The position numbers and the translations under genes are program-made. A DNA stretch of 64,000 bases. Source: an uncultured Chlamydiae bacterium (GTDB lineage Bacteria; Chlamydiota; Chlamydiia; Chlamydiales; SM23-39). Positions 1 to 10,832 of this stretch are shown here, piece by piece. The stretch covers positions 416,001 to 480,000 of the forward strand of contig CAVSSM010000001.1 of NCBI GenBank assembly GCA_963730605.1, read 5' to 3'. The notes beneath the pieces are model-generated. The model was not told the DNA's origin and did no database searches. It saw only the letters and a program-made list of their open reading frames with translations. Each line of letters opens with the position of its first letter. Within the stretch, counting starts at the first letter, position 1.

Positions 1-102
1 GTCGTGGAAAGAAGCCAATAATTACAATCTCTAGGCTCTTTGCATAATTGTTGCAATAATTGTAAAAATATTTTATCGCTTGAATTTATGGCGACGGTCA
101 CT

Positions 103-1228
103 TTATACCGGACAAAAAATAAATTCATAGCGTGCAACCACCTGTAAAACACGAAAGTAGTCGCCTGAATTTTCTCAGAATCCACCTCCCAAAAATCGCC
201 CTACGGATCAGATTTAGCCCCTCCCTAAAGAGGCTCCTCGCCTTTCTCCCGTGAGTTTTGACCTCTATCGCCTGTATCTGATCCTTGATATCCCCCATTC
301 GATATGCCCAGCAGAAAGCGATCGCGAGGACGAACACCATCTTCTCAATCTTGATCGATGATGTGTGTGTCCTCCATTCGGAACCCACGGGTCTTCAAAC
401 AACCGAACATGGTTTCGATTTCCCAACTCCTCCTATGCATCCCCAGAGGATTCTCGAATTTATAGCTGGAGACTACGATCATTTGCTCCTTGGCGCCTTT
501 TCTCTTTTCGATCGAAACGTAGAGAGAAAGACCCCAGAGGTTAATGGGGTGATTCACAACTTTTTTCCGTGAGAGCCATTTCCGTAGGCGTCCTATTGGA
601 AGTTTGCCGTTCTCTCCGATTTCGACCATGGAGTTCTGTTTAACCCTGATGATGAATGGGATCTTCTGTTCGATTAGAAAGCGGAACCACTGCGTTCCTA
701 TGAACTCGCGATCCGCAAGAAGTACCTCGATTCTGCTGATCCCGAGATGTTCCACGACCCGCTTTAGGAGATCGATCCTATCCTCCGCACATGAGTTGCC
801 TTCAAGATTCGGCACAACCCAGAGTAGTGGAATGCCAATGCCTCTGTAAGCGATCGAGAGCATCAAAATATTGGGGATTAGAGTGCACTTATCGCCGAGT
901 GGAAACAGGCGGAAAACCAGAAGAACGATCCTACTCATGTCGAAGGTAAAACCGGTGAAGAATCGGCAGACTCTACGATACGATGACTCCTCCTTGGCCT
1001 CTGACTTGAAGGCTGAAGCAATTTGGGTCAGGTTTATGGTTCTGACAACGAACAGAGCCTGAATGATTTGCCCTAGACAGGCGAGACGGCACTTGTGCCA
1101 ATCGAAAAAAATGGATAAAGTTGCTTGCAACTCGCTGATGTGTTTCATTATACCTCGATGCTTGAAAGACAACGAGATATGATCGGCCTTCAGCGAGCCA
1201 TTGTCAGCAACTTATTTTTTGTCCAGTA
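103..1228 (-). mobile_element. Degenerate IS4-family element (transposase pseudogene, ORFs 345..1172 and 125..388)
   Basis: Motifs LLADREFIG and WEIETMFGCLKTRGF. Frameshift near 345-388. Lacks the LDRTNWKWG segment present in the related copy at 15153-15572. Inverted ends GGACAAAAAA..TTTTTTGTCC; the distal tip continues as CAGAGG beyond the nested IS630. Confidence 0.85.
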
Positions 1229-2460
1229 CTACAGCGTTTCATTAATTTTGACATAATTTCTTGATAAAAAATATACTTGACGCCTTGTAAAATTCGTGGG
1301 AGTGCAGGTATGCGAAAGAAGTATAAAGTCAAGTTAACACCTAGTCAGCGCAAGCAATTACTCGAAGTTGTGCATAAAGGAAAGCAGAAGGCAAAAACAA
1401 TCACTCATGCTCGAATACTATTGCAGGCAGATTCTGGTGAAGAGGGGCCGGGTTTGAGAGCAAAAGCTATTGCGGCAGGGTTGAATATTCACGAACGCAC
1501 TGTACATCGAGTCAGAGAATCTTTCGCAAACGATGGACTGGAAGCTGCTTTGCACCGAAAAAAACATCGCCAATACAAACCAAGAAAACTCGATGGTGAT
1601 CAAGAAGCCCATCTGGTTGCCATATGTTGCGGGGCCCCTCCGGAAGGGCGCAAAGAATGGACCTTGAGATTGTTAAGCGAAAGACTGGTTCAGCTAGAAG
1701 TTATTGATTCTATTTCCAGAAGCACAGTCCATCGCACTTTAAAAAAAATGAACTTAAGCCCTGGCTAAAGAAAGAATGGTGTATTCCTCCTGAGGAAAAC
1801 GCTGACTTTGTTTGCCGAATGGAAAATGTGTTAGGCCTCTATAAGTGCCCATACAATCCAGAATATCCAATGATTTGCATGGATGAGTCGAGTAAGCAAC
1901 ACGAGGCAGGAAAGCTGGATAACATTCCAGCAAAACGAGGTAAGGTTGAACGCTTTGATACAGGATATGAGCGCAATGGCGTGAGTAATATTCTGCTGAG
2001 TTTTGAGCCACTAACAGGGAAACGATACATTGATGTTTCGGAGAGAAGGACTCGATTGGATTGGGCCAAACATATACAGAAACTTGTAGAGGAGCATTAT
2101 CCCAAGGCAAAAAACATCCTCTTGGTCTGCGATAATTTAAATATCCATACAGGTGCTGCTCTTTATGAGCTTCTGCCGCCCAAAGAGGCGAAAAGGATCG
2201 TAGACCGTCTGGAATTTCGTTATACGCCGAAACATGGGAGCTGGTTAAACATGGCAGAAATCGAATTAAGCCACCTTTCCAGGCAATGTTTAAACCGACG
2301 CCTAAGAGACATAGTCGAGGTTAAAAAAGAAGTTGCCTCCTGGCTAGAGGGCAGAAACAAGGATGCGCATGTTATAGACTGGCGCTTCACAGTTGAGGAC
2401 GCAAGAATCAAGCTAAAAAAGCTTTACCCCACAATTGGCAAAATTAATGAAACGCTGTAG
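1229..2460 (+). mobile_element. IS630-family IS (two ORFs, ~1310..1768 and ..2460, joined by a -1 frameshift at the A-run near 1741)
   Basis: 22-bp TIR CTACAGCGTTTCATTAATTTTG/CAAAATTAATGAAACGCTGTAG, TA duplication at 1227-28 and 2461-62; motifs MDES, CDNLNIH, TPKHGSWLNMAEIE. Confidence 0.95.
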
Positions 2461-2462
2461 TA

Positions 2463-2665
2463 CAGAGGCCGTAGACGAGAGATCTCAGGAATGGGTCATG
2501 GGAATTTCTGTCGCGATTATGGCTATTGCCTTGGCAGTTGCTGGATTTTCCGCTCAATTTGCCCCAATATTCGGAGTTCATACCCTCGTTTTCATTGGGA
2601 GCCTTCTCCTTGGGGCAAGCGGTCTTCTAATGAAAAAATACTGTTCTCATCTTAGGAAATCATAG
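2463..2665 (+). pseudogene. C-terminal remnant of a membrane protein (MFS-like) cut off by IS insertion
   Basis: Two hydrophobic helices after AVDERSQEWVMG, resembling the C-terminal AVSDREQGDVMG of the MFS at 9330; no own start. Confidence 0.5.
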
Positions 2666-3697
2666 CCATTTGGAGGCATCGATCAGAAGGCCTGATGTGT
2701 TGCCGGGTCCTTGCATCTCCGGGCAGATGACCTCTTCGATTTGCAGAGCCTCCATGGCGCCAATGAGAAAGAGGAGATCAGAGAGCAGATAGGCGGCGTT
2801 TGGATCAGATTTTGGGCTGAGATCGTGATCGCTTTTTCCGAGCCGCTTTTCAATGAGTTGCCACAGGTCTTCTTTCGTAAAAGTCCCCTTTCCGACTCCT
2901 TTCTGAACGTTTGGGAACATGGCGCCAATCCCGACTACTGTTGGGCTCTCTTTCACCCAAGCAGGCGCCTCTTGAAATTGTGCGATAGTCCACGCAATCG
3001 CTTGCTTTGCCTCTTCTCGGGTGATCGGGTTTGGAGTGGATGTTTGACTTAAGGCTTTCTTTTGTATTTCTTGAATGAGATGGTTTTTCATCGGTACTTT
3101 GCCAAGAGACTTATTGTAGGATTGAAGGTTTCCATCGATTTCTCGCGTAAATTGAGTGCTTCCCCCTCCATTTTCCCAAATGAGCGCTCCCTTGTGGCTG
3201 TCCACAACCCCTTCCGCTTTGAGAGAACTGTAGCCAAGTGCGGCCTCTTCATTTTGCGAGAGGAGAAAGATCGAAATGCCTGATTCCTTGGCAAGGAGAT
3301 CCAATACTTCAGAGCCATTGCGGGCGACCCGATATGCATCAGTGGCTCCCGCAACAAACTTACACACAAGAGCCGGTTTTCCCGTTTTTCGTTGCATCTT
3401 TTGGATTGCAGAGCCAAGTTGAGCGACGATCTCTTCAGGAATGTTTTGGTTCGGATCTCGGTCGATAGAATCTCGAACGGGAATGGGTACCGATTCTGTG
3501 GCAGCCATCTCTACGATCCTCCCCCCTTTCGGATCGACCCAGGCCGCTTGCATTTTGAGGTTGCCGGAGCCAAGATCGAATGCCACTCGATACTCAAGCG
3601 CCTCATGGAGCTTTTCCGAGGCAATCTTTTCCTTAAGGGGGGCGGGTGAGCCGTAGACTGCAACCCACTCATCCCCAATAAAATAGTCATCAACCAA
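2660..3697 (-). CDS. Ppx/GppA-family phosphatase (ASKHA fold)
   Basis: Motifs AFDLGSGNLK, ATDAYRVARNG, LSQNEEAALGY, ENGGGSTQF. Start uncertain (possible slip from ATG at 3717). Confidence 0.8.
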   Translation of the reverse strand: MVDDYFIGDEWVAVYGSPAPLKEKIASEKLHEALEYRVAFDLGSGNLKMQAAWVDPKGGRIVEMAATESVPIPVRDSIDRDPNQNIPEEIVAQLGSAIQKMQRKTGKPALVCKFVAGATDAYRVARNGSEVLDLLAKESGISIFLLSQNEEAALGYSSLKAEGVVDSHKGALIWENGGGSTQFTREIDGNLQSYNKSLGKVPMKNHLIQEIQKKALSQTSTPNPITREEAKQAIAWTIAQFQEAPAWVKESPTVVGIGAMFPNVQKGVGKGTFTKEDLWQLIEKRLGKSDHDLSPKSDPNAAYLLSDLLFLIGAMEALQIEEVICPEMQGPGNTSGLLIDASKWL

Positions 3698-3837
3698 AAA
3701 ATAGTCTGTAATAACATATCTTCTCTTTTTTCACAACTATACTAGCATTTCCATTGAAGGTCAACAAAACATACATTTGTAGTTGATGTTTATTGCCAAA
3801 AACTACATATTAACAGCAATTAACAAGATTTAGGAAG

Positions 3838-6648
3838 ATGATGACGAATAAAATCTTTAGCACCTCTGCATTGCCAGCCCCGATTCCCCCGACTCCCGCA
3901 ACAAACTCACAATCCCTTCTGTCAGCGGCTATAGAGCCGGCCAGCTACCGGGCCTCTCATCGAAAAATGGCAGCGATTTTAGAAGCGCCTCCCAAATACA
4001 ACAGCCCGTCCTCCATTGTCTGGTTTGGCGATGAGCATTCGACAGAGATCGCCTTAGTAGGAGGTAAAGGGGCCAGTCTTTCAGTTTTGCAGTCTGTACC
4101 AGGAGTTCGGGTGCCTGAAGGGTTTATCGTAACAACCGAAATCTATCGACAATTCGTCGCCTCCAATCCCGCCTTAAAACAAGAATTGGAGGTACTAGAC
4201 GATCTATCCGACGCTTGGCTTTCCGCTATGATCGAATCGGGCGGAAGCTCGACTCCAGAAATCCGCGATCTGGAAACGCAAATAACGGAAGAGACCTCTC
4301 GCGTTAGGGAGAAATTTTTTGAAACGGCTTTCAGCCCCGCCCTCTATGAATCTTTGATGGAGCAATATAAGGCGCTTTCACTCTTAGTGAATGAGGCAAA
4401 CGTCCCGGTTGCAGTGAGAAGTTCTGCGATAGCGGAAGACCTCCCGAATGCCTCTTTCGCGGGACAGCACGATACGTTTCTCAACAGACAAGGAGAAGAG
4501 CAGATCCTCCATTCCGTCGCCCTTTGCTGGGCCTCGCTTTTTCATCCTCATACTGTGCAATACCGCAATCAACTCCGCCTCTTGCTTGCCCTTGAAAAGG
4601 GAGATCCGGCGATCGGTGTTGGTTTAAGACACAGCGTTGTGAAACTCGCCGTCGTCATTCAACGCTCTCTTCAATCCGCTGTGGCAGGAGTTGGATTTAA
4701 CGTGAATCCCTCTGGAGAAGCCAAAATCCACATTGAGACGAATTATGGATTGGGAGCAACGGTTGTCAGCGGCCTTGCGAATCCAGATTCCTGGGAAGTA
4801 GACCCGGAAGCCCAAACCTTGCTCGCTTCAGTCATGGGAGACAAGGAAATCAAGGCGATCGCCAAAGAACACGGAGACGTCGAATACCTCCCCATCCCTG
4901 AAATAGATCGGCACCGCTTTACCATCGACAAAGAAAGAGTCATGGAAATCGCAAGATCGATCCGCACGATCGGAGAGTACTATCAAAAGCGATTTGGTTA
5001 CAAATTTATCGATACAGAATTTGCCATTGACCCGCAAGGCGTCCTCTACTTTCTCCAAACAAGGCCTGAAACTGTTTTCTCCTCTTCTTCTTCGATTACT
5101 GTCACGGGAATTCCGAAAGAGAGCGCATCAAACGCCAATATGATTTTCCATGGAGGCTCTACCGGCTATCCAGGGGCCCACACTGGGCGTTTGGTCTATG
5201 CGAGAACTCCTAAAGAGGCCCTTGAAAAAATCAGCCAGGGCGACATCCTCGTCACCTCAAAAACCACTCCGGAGTGGACCATTGTATTCCCCAAGCTCGG
5301 CGGGATCATTGTCGATGTGGGAGGAGTTCTTAGCCATACAGCCATTGTGGGAAGAGAACAGCGCATCCCGACACTTTTAGCGACAGCCAATGCCACCAAA
5401 GAGCTCGCCGATTGGGATGGAAAAATCGTAACCCTCGACTCCTTGAATTCAGTTGTTTTTGAAGGAGCTCTCGAGATCTTCGAGGGGAAGATCGAAAATT
5501 TCGTTCGCCCCGAACTTCAAAATTCTGGCCTCGTTCAAGACTTAGAAATGCAAATCCACCGGATCGACGAGGAAGGAAAATGGACGAGCCGGCCGAATAT
5601 GCCCCTCACTTCGATGCAGCTGGACTTTATTCAAAAAGCCTATGATGAGATCAGCGAGAGGCTCGAATTGGAAGTGCCCTTGCGCTACAAGGTGATTAAC
5701 CAGCGCATTTACATCCAAATCGAGGATGATAAAGGCCAGCCTGCCGCCTACGCGAACCTCACGGAAGCGCTTCTCAAATGGGGCCTTGACCGCCTGGAAG
5801 GGTTGTTTGACGACCGAGTCGTTACCGTGAAGCAATTCCAAGAGCTGGCAGATCATTTTGAGCCTACTCCGGAAAAGCTGCGGCAATTTGGCCAGGTTTA
5901 TCAGAACTGGATGGTCCACTTCCTCAGCCGAGGCCGCTTTGGCCACGGCGCCGTTGCCATTCTCATGCAAGAGCAGATGAATCAGATCCCCGACCCTGCG
6001 CTCCTCTCTTCTTATCTCCACCTCCGTTTCCCCATGGCGAACTTGAGCTATGAAAAAGAGAAACAGCACGCTCGGCTAGCAAAGGAGCTGACCGATCTTG
6101 GGATCGCCAAGAACGCGGATGCCGAGGAAACAAAATCTCTCCTGCAAGCCAAGTACCCAGAAACCTGGCAACGAATTGCCGATTTTGCCAGAAGTTATGA
6201 GCATACTTCTTCAGAAAACATGGTCTCTTCCGTCCCCTACGACACGGTTCTGGAGCAGCTTCTTATGACGCTCGGCGATGCGGAGCACGAACCCGCGTCC
6301 GCAACTCTTACGCCGCAGCAAATCGCAAAAATGGACCTTCTCTTTGCTCAAAACCCAGAGCTCAGACGGACCATGGTCTTGGCTCACCGCCACCTCTACC
6401 AGAAAGAAAATGAGCATCATATCGTTGCAAGAGCTCAACATCAGATCCATGAGAAACTGCAACAATACGGAGAAATGCTGGTCGTTCGGGGTCTTCTCAG
6501 GTCGCCCGAGGAGGTCTTTAACCTCCAGATTGAAGAAGTGGCGAAAATGGCCGAGAGCGTTCAAAGTCCTGTAAAGCGAGTGCTAGAGCTCTCGCCTCTC
6601 TGGGTTCGGAAAAGAAGCTTCGATCCGGTTCAAAAGACAGGATCATAG
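3838..6648 (+). CDS. PEP-synthase/dikinase-like protein: ATP-grasp domain + phospho-His swivel domain + atypical helical C-terminal domain
   Basis: VGGKGASL, AVRSSAIAEDLPNASFAGQHDTFLN, DTEFA, LQTRPET, GGVLSHTAIVGRE. No PpsA TIM-barrel motifs visible in the C-terminal part. Confidence 0.85.
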   Translation: MMTNKIFSTSALPAPIPPTPATNSQSLLSAAIEPASYRASHRKMAAILEAPPKYNSPSSIVWFGDEHSTEIALVGGKGASLSVLQSVPGVRVPEGFIVTTEIYRQFVASNPALKQELEVLDDLSDAWLSAMIESGGSSTPEIRDLETQITEETSRVREKFFETAFSPALYESLMEQYKALSLLVNEANVPVAVRSSAIAEDLPNASFAGQHDTFLNRQGEEQILHSVALCWASLFHPHTVQYRNQLRLLLALEKGDPAIGVGLRHSVVKLAVVIQRSLQSAVAGVGFNVNPSGEAKIHIETNYGLGATVVSGLANPDSWEVDPEAQTLLASVMGDKEIKAIAKEHGDVEYLPIPEIDRHRFTIDKERVMEIARSIRTIGEYYQKRFGYKFIDTEFAIDPQGVLYFLQTRPETVFSSSSSITVTGIPKESASNANMIFHGGSTGYPGAHTGRLVYARTPKEALEKISQGDILVTSKTTPEWTIVFPKLGGIIVDVGGVLSHTAIVGREQRIPTLLATANATKELADWDGKIVTLDSLNSVVFEGALEIFEGKIENFVRPELQNSGLVQDLEMQIHRIDEEGKWTSRPNMPLTSMQLDFIQKAYDEISERLELEVPLRYKVINQRIYIQIEDDKGQPAAYANLTEALLKWGLDRLEGLFDDRVVTVKQFQELADHFEPTPEKLRQFGQVYQNWMVHFLSRGRFGHGAVAILMQEQMNQIPDPALLSSYLHLRFPMANLSYEKEKQHARLAKELTDLGIAKNADAEETKSLLQAKYPETWQRIADFARSYEHTSSENMVSSVPYDTVLEQLLMTLGDAEHEPASATLTPQQIAKMDLLFAQNPELRRTMVLAHRHLYQKENEHHIVARAQHQIHEKLQQYGEMLVVRGLLRSPEEVFNLQIEEVAKMAESVQSPVKRVLELSPLWVRKRSFDPVQKTGS

Positions 6649-6657
6649 TCTGTTCTT

Positions 6658-8436
6658 TCATACAGGCGCCTCAGGCAAAAATCCGCCTACTTGCATATTC
6701 CACATTCTCGCGTACAGCCCTCTTTTGCTCATCAAAGCGGTATGTGCGCCTTCTTCGACAATCTTGCCTTGATCAAAGACCAAAATCCGGTCCATGTGGG
6801 AGAGTGTTGACAGACGATGCGCAATCACAATAGTTGTCCGATTCTGCATGAGCTTTTCTAGACTGTCTTGAATGTATCGTTCCGTTACAGAGTCAAGAGA
6901 AGAGGTCGCTTCGTCCAAAATGAGAATAGGAGCGCCCGCTAAAATCGCGCGAGCGATTGCAATCCTTTGCTTTTCCCCTCCCGAGAGCTTAGTCCCTCGT
7001 TCTCCTACTTTTGCTTCATAACCATGAGGAATATTCCGGATGAACTCATCGCAATGGGCGAGGTGCGCCGCGCGGAGCATTTCCTCCTCTGTTGCTTCCG
7101 GCTTTCCATAGTTAATATTTTCTCTGAGCGTTCTGTGAAACAACACGGGGTCTTGAGGGATCAATGCAATCTGGCTGCGCAGGGACTCCAAGGTAACATT
7201 CGCAATTTCTTGACCATCGATGAGGACACGGCCGCTTTCCAGAGGGAAAAATCGCAAGATCAAGTTGATGAAGGAGGATTTCCCCGCGCCTGAGTAGCCG
7301 ACGAGGCCCACTTTTTCTCCTCCATGGATTTTGACCTGTTTGTTCTCGAATAGTTTTTGCTCTCCGTAGTGAAAATGAACCTTGTCAAAGACAATTTCAC
7401 CCATGGAGATTTTCAGGTCTTGCGCACCTGGCCTGTCTCCCAAATCTTGGACATCGCTCATGAGGGAATAGGCTTGCTTGGCCATCCCAAAAGATTGGAA
7501 TAAAGTGGGTAAAGAAATGCCGACGTTCCATAAGATTGTAATGAGGCTCCAGAGAGTCATGAACACCTGAACAGCTTGTCCAGTGGTGATTTGACCGTGG
7601 ATCCATAAGTAGAGAAGAGAACCGTTGATTCCGAGAACAAATCCAAGGAAATGAACGATAGAGATATAGCAGAAGGTCTTCTGAGTATACCGCTTTGCTG
7701 CAATATTTGTTTCCGCTTCCTTATTTTGGAAAGGAGCAATGGTATTTTTTTCATATTGAAAGCGATAGAAGAGATTAACAGCAAAATTGTTGGTAAAACT
7801 GTCGACAATTTTGCCAAGGAGTGTGCTTCGCGCTTCTCCGTGGCGGTGTTCTAAACAATCGATGGGACGAGTGACTGTGAGAGAAATTCCGATATGAATC
7901 ATAAGCCATGTAAACCAAATGCATGCGAAGAGAGGATGTATAAACCACAGAACAACCACTCCTGAAATGCATGCCACAAAAGAAGGGATGATGGGCCAAA
8001 ACAATTGCGAAATAATCGTTTCCACTTGGCTGGTCATATCTGTGATTTTATTTGCAAGACTCCCAGCAAATCGTTCATTGAAGTAGCGGGGAGAATGATG
8101 CTGGATATGGTCGAACATGGCCATGCGGAGATTTGCCTGAAGTGTTGGAATACCCTTGGCAAGAAGAAAGCCCATTGTGCGGGAGGCTACTTCGGTGAAA
8201 ATGACTAAACATATCGCTCCAATGATCGGCGCTTGCAATGCTTGCCATGCGGCCAGGCGATCTCCGTCGAAGCGGGTGAAAATATCTACAACTACATGCA
8301 AAATATAAGGCCACGCCAAAGCCTCTAGAGGCCACGCCAAGGAATCCAGAAGAAAAATGAAGGCAAAAAGCCATTTTTGAAGTCGGACATACTTCCATAT
8401 AAAACTGATAAGCTCTCTATAAGAAACCACTTTCAC
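6658..8436 (-). CDS. ABC exporter, fused permease/ATPase (MsbA/ATM-like)
   Basis: N-terminal TM helices, Walker A GYSGAGKS, signature LSGGEKQR, Walker B ILILDEAT, IAHRLST. Confidence 0.95.
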   Translation of the reverse strand: MKVVSYRELISFIWKYVRLQKWLFAFIFLLDSLAWPLEALAWPYILHVVVDIFTRFDGDRLAAWQALQAPIIGAICLVIFTEVASRTMGFLLAKGIPTLQANLRMAMFDHIQHHSPRYFNERFAGSLANKITDMTSQVETIISQLFWPIIPSFVACISGVVVLWFIHPLFACIWFTWLMIHIGISLTVTRPIDCLEHRHGEARSTLLGKIVDSFTNNFAVNLFYRFQYEKNTIAPFQNKEAETNIAAKRYTQKTFCYISIVHFLGFVLGINGSLLYLWIHGQITTGQAVQVFMTLWSLITILWNVGISLPTLFQSFGMAKQAYSLMSDVQDLGDRPGAQDLKISMGEIVFDKVHFHYGEQKLFENKQVKIHGGEKVGLVGYSGAGKSSFINLILRFFPLESGRVLIDGQEIANVTLESLRSQIALIPQDPVLFHRTLRENINYGKPEATEEEMLRAAHLAHCDEFIRNIPHGYEAKVGERGTKLSGGEKQRIAIARAILAGAPILILDEATSSLDSVTERYIQDSLEKLMQNRTTIVIAHRLSTLSHMDRILVFDQGKIVEEGAHTALMSKRGLYARMWNMQVGGFLPEAPV

Positions 8437-8477
8437 GCCCCTAGGTGTTTGCCCATTGCTATATCATCTCGACTTTG

Positions 8478-8975
8478 GGCGTTGTTGCGTAAATAGCCGC
8501 GGATGAGGTTCTACTTGCCCTCAAGCCAGTGAGTCTATAAATTTTTTGTCGCTTACACAAAAAGTTTAGGCTCAACATGACACCCGAGAAAGATACGATC
8601 CCTCCCAAGAAGAAAAGTACCTCATCCGCAACCGGCGAGAGTATAACCAATCGCTGGTGAATCGGGGAAGCATCACTTTTTGGTTCGATGAAAATGCCAT
8701 CCAAAAATGGTACTCAGTCGAGAGATCCAACAAACCAGGCCGGCCAGATACCTATTCGGACGATGCAATTCGATGCGGCTTACTCATCAAAGCGGTATTC
8801 CGGACAGCCCTTCGCGCTTTGCAGGGGGTTCCTCACATCGATCATCGTAATCCTGGATCTCGATCTCGTGTGCCCCCATTATTCCGTCTTTTGTCGTCGG
8901 GCTAAGGGTCTTCAAATCCCGTTGAGAAGACTGCTCAAACCCGGAGAAAAACTGAATGTTATATTCGACTCAACA
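8478..8975 (+). pseudogene. IS5-family (IS903 group) 5' fragment, frameshifted
   Basis: Left end GGCGTTGTTGCG; LVNRGSITFWFDE, GRPDTYSDDAI, PHYSVFCRRAK, DSTEG spread over several frames. Confidence 0.8.
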
Positions 8976-9329
8976 GAGGGATTATTGGTCTCCTTCCTCC
9001 CAAAAGCAGAGCAATGGGAGATCCTGAAAATGGTCTATCCTGAGACTCGTTCGCAAAAAATCTATTTCGCGATTCGCAATCAGAGTTGCGATTTTCCTGC
9101 TGTTGAAAAGGAGACACTTGCTCTACGCGACTTTCTTTATCAAACAATGACGATCTTCGGAGAGCGGCACTTTATTGAATAAGTGCCTACAAAAGCGGGT
9201 TGCCAAACGAGGTCAATAGGGCCCCCATAAATGGGGCTCGATATTTTTCGACTATAAATTTACAATGACTTGCTCAAAAAACGAAAAATCTAATGTTTAG
9301 GTTCTCTCAAAATAGTACCATGAGCCACG

Positions 9330-10538
9330 ATGATCATTTTGACCCTTTGCCTTCTTCTCTTTATCAACGCCATGAGCATCGGATTGGTCTTTCCTATTTT
9401 CGCCTCGCTATTTTTTGCAAGTGGCGAATCTCTATTTGCTAGCGATGCCAGCACCTATATCAAAACCCTATCGTATTCCATGATTTTAGCTCTGCCGAAT
9501 GTCTGCATGATCTTGGGAGCGCCGTTTTTAGGAAGAATGTCCGATCATGTAGGTCGTAAATCAGTGCTCGTTCTGGGCCTTGTCGGCGTTGCTACGAGCT
9601 TTTTCCTATCAGCTACGGCCATTTCTATCGGCAGCTTACTGCTCTTGTTTGCCAGCCGCGCTCTGGCGGGCTTTATGGATGGCTCGGAAGGGGTCGCCCA
9701 GGCGGCTATTGCAGATATCAGCCATCCTAAGGAAAAAGCCCGCCATATGGGGTTCGCGACATTCGCAGGAACTATTGGCTTCATTATAGGGCCTGTAGTC
9801 GGCGGATTTTTAGCAGAACCAACATTAACAGGAAAATACCATTTCCAAATACCATTTATCGCTTCATTTGTATTAACATTATTAAATGCCGTTTTTTTAT
9901 ATTTTTATTTCCCAAAACAACCATTGAGCCATGACTACCCTGCAAAAATCAGCTATCTCACTATTCTAACCAAGGGCTTCATCATCCTTTTCGACAAACG
10001 AGTCCGTCTCTATTCATTCATATTGTTTATTGTACACTGGTCGCTCGCGATGTTCTATCAGCTTTGCATCTTGTTTTTAGTCGACCAGTATCACTATTCT
10101 TCTGGAGACCTTGGCCTATTCACCATGTTTTTAGGGATGTGTTTTAGCGGCGGGATCTTTTTTGTGATCCACGCCCTGTTGAACCGCTTTGCGCATGCTT
10201 TCTTGCTAAAAATGGGGATCGGATTTTTGATTGTTTCTCTTTTCAGCGCTTTACTTCTCAATCATTCCGAGATCTTCCCCTGGGTTGCAGTAGTGCCTAT
10301 GATGCTCGGGATTGCCATGATGTACAACGTGCTCTTGTCTTTTCTCTCTAATGCAGTCTCAGATAGAGAACAGGGAGATGTGATGGGAAGCGGAACTTCG
10401 CTCAAGGCTCTTGCCTGGTTAAGTTCGGGCCTAGTAGTCAGTTGGCTATACCCCCATGTCGTTACCATTTTGATTCTTATGACAGGCTTTGCATTGTTAG
10501 GATTGATCAGCACCAGAAGGTTGCGTCACTCCGCATGA
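9330..10538 (+). CDS. MFS transporter (TetA/DHA1-like efflux)
   Basis: About 12 hydrophobic segments, motif A GRMSDHVGRK, motif C GFIIGPVVGG. Confidence 0.92.
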   Translation: MIILTLCLLLFINAMSIGLVFPIFASLFFASGESLFASDASTYIKTLSYSMILALPNVCMILGAPFLGRMSDHVGRKSVLVLGLVGVATSFFLSATAISIGSLLLLFASRALAGFMDGSEGVAQAAIADISHPKEKARHMGFATFAGTIGFIIGPVVGGFLAEPTLTGKYHFQIPFIASFVLTLLNAVFLYFYFPKQPLSHDYPAKISYLTILTKGFIILFDKRVRLYSFILFIVHWSLAMFYQLCILFLVDQYHYSSGDLGLFTMFLGMCFSGGIFFVIHALLNRFAHAFLLKMGIGFLIVSLFSALLLNHSEIFPWVAVVPMMLGIAMMYNVLLSFLSNAVSDREQGDVMGSGTSLKALAWLSSGLVVSWLYPHVVTILILMTGFALLGLISTRRLRHSA

Positions 10539-10830
10539 GTATTTTTATTTGAAAGCACTTCATTTGCGGCTCGTAAAGGACTTGGGATAAAATTGGCGTT
10601 GTAGTTGCCTTCTACGCTGAATGGGTTGTAGTTATAATGCAGCATGATTGCCCACGATGTTGAAGTGGTCGATGGAATTGGGTTGGCAAACCATCCGAAT
10701 GGGATATCATAGCGCTTACTCGAATAGAGAAAGGCTAATTTATCCGAAGGCATCGGGATTAGTTGGGTATAGTCTGCTGGACGAACCTCATCATACGCAG
10801 CTTCAGTTGGATATTGATCTGTGCGTAAAG
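10526..10830 (-). pseudogene. 3' remnant of an unknown gene truncated by IS630
   Basis: Protein-like frame (YSSKRYDIPFGWFANPIPS) running up to the IS end; the 5' part of the listed ORF is IS sequence. Confidence 0.5.
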
Positions 10831-10832
10831 TA

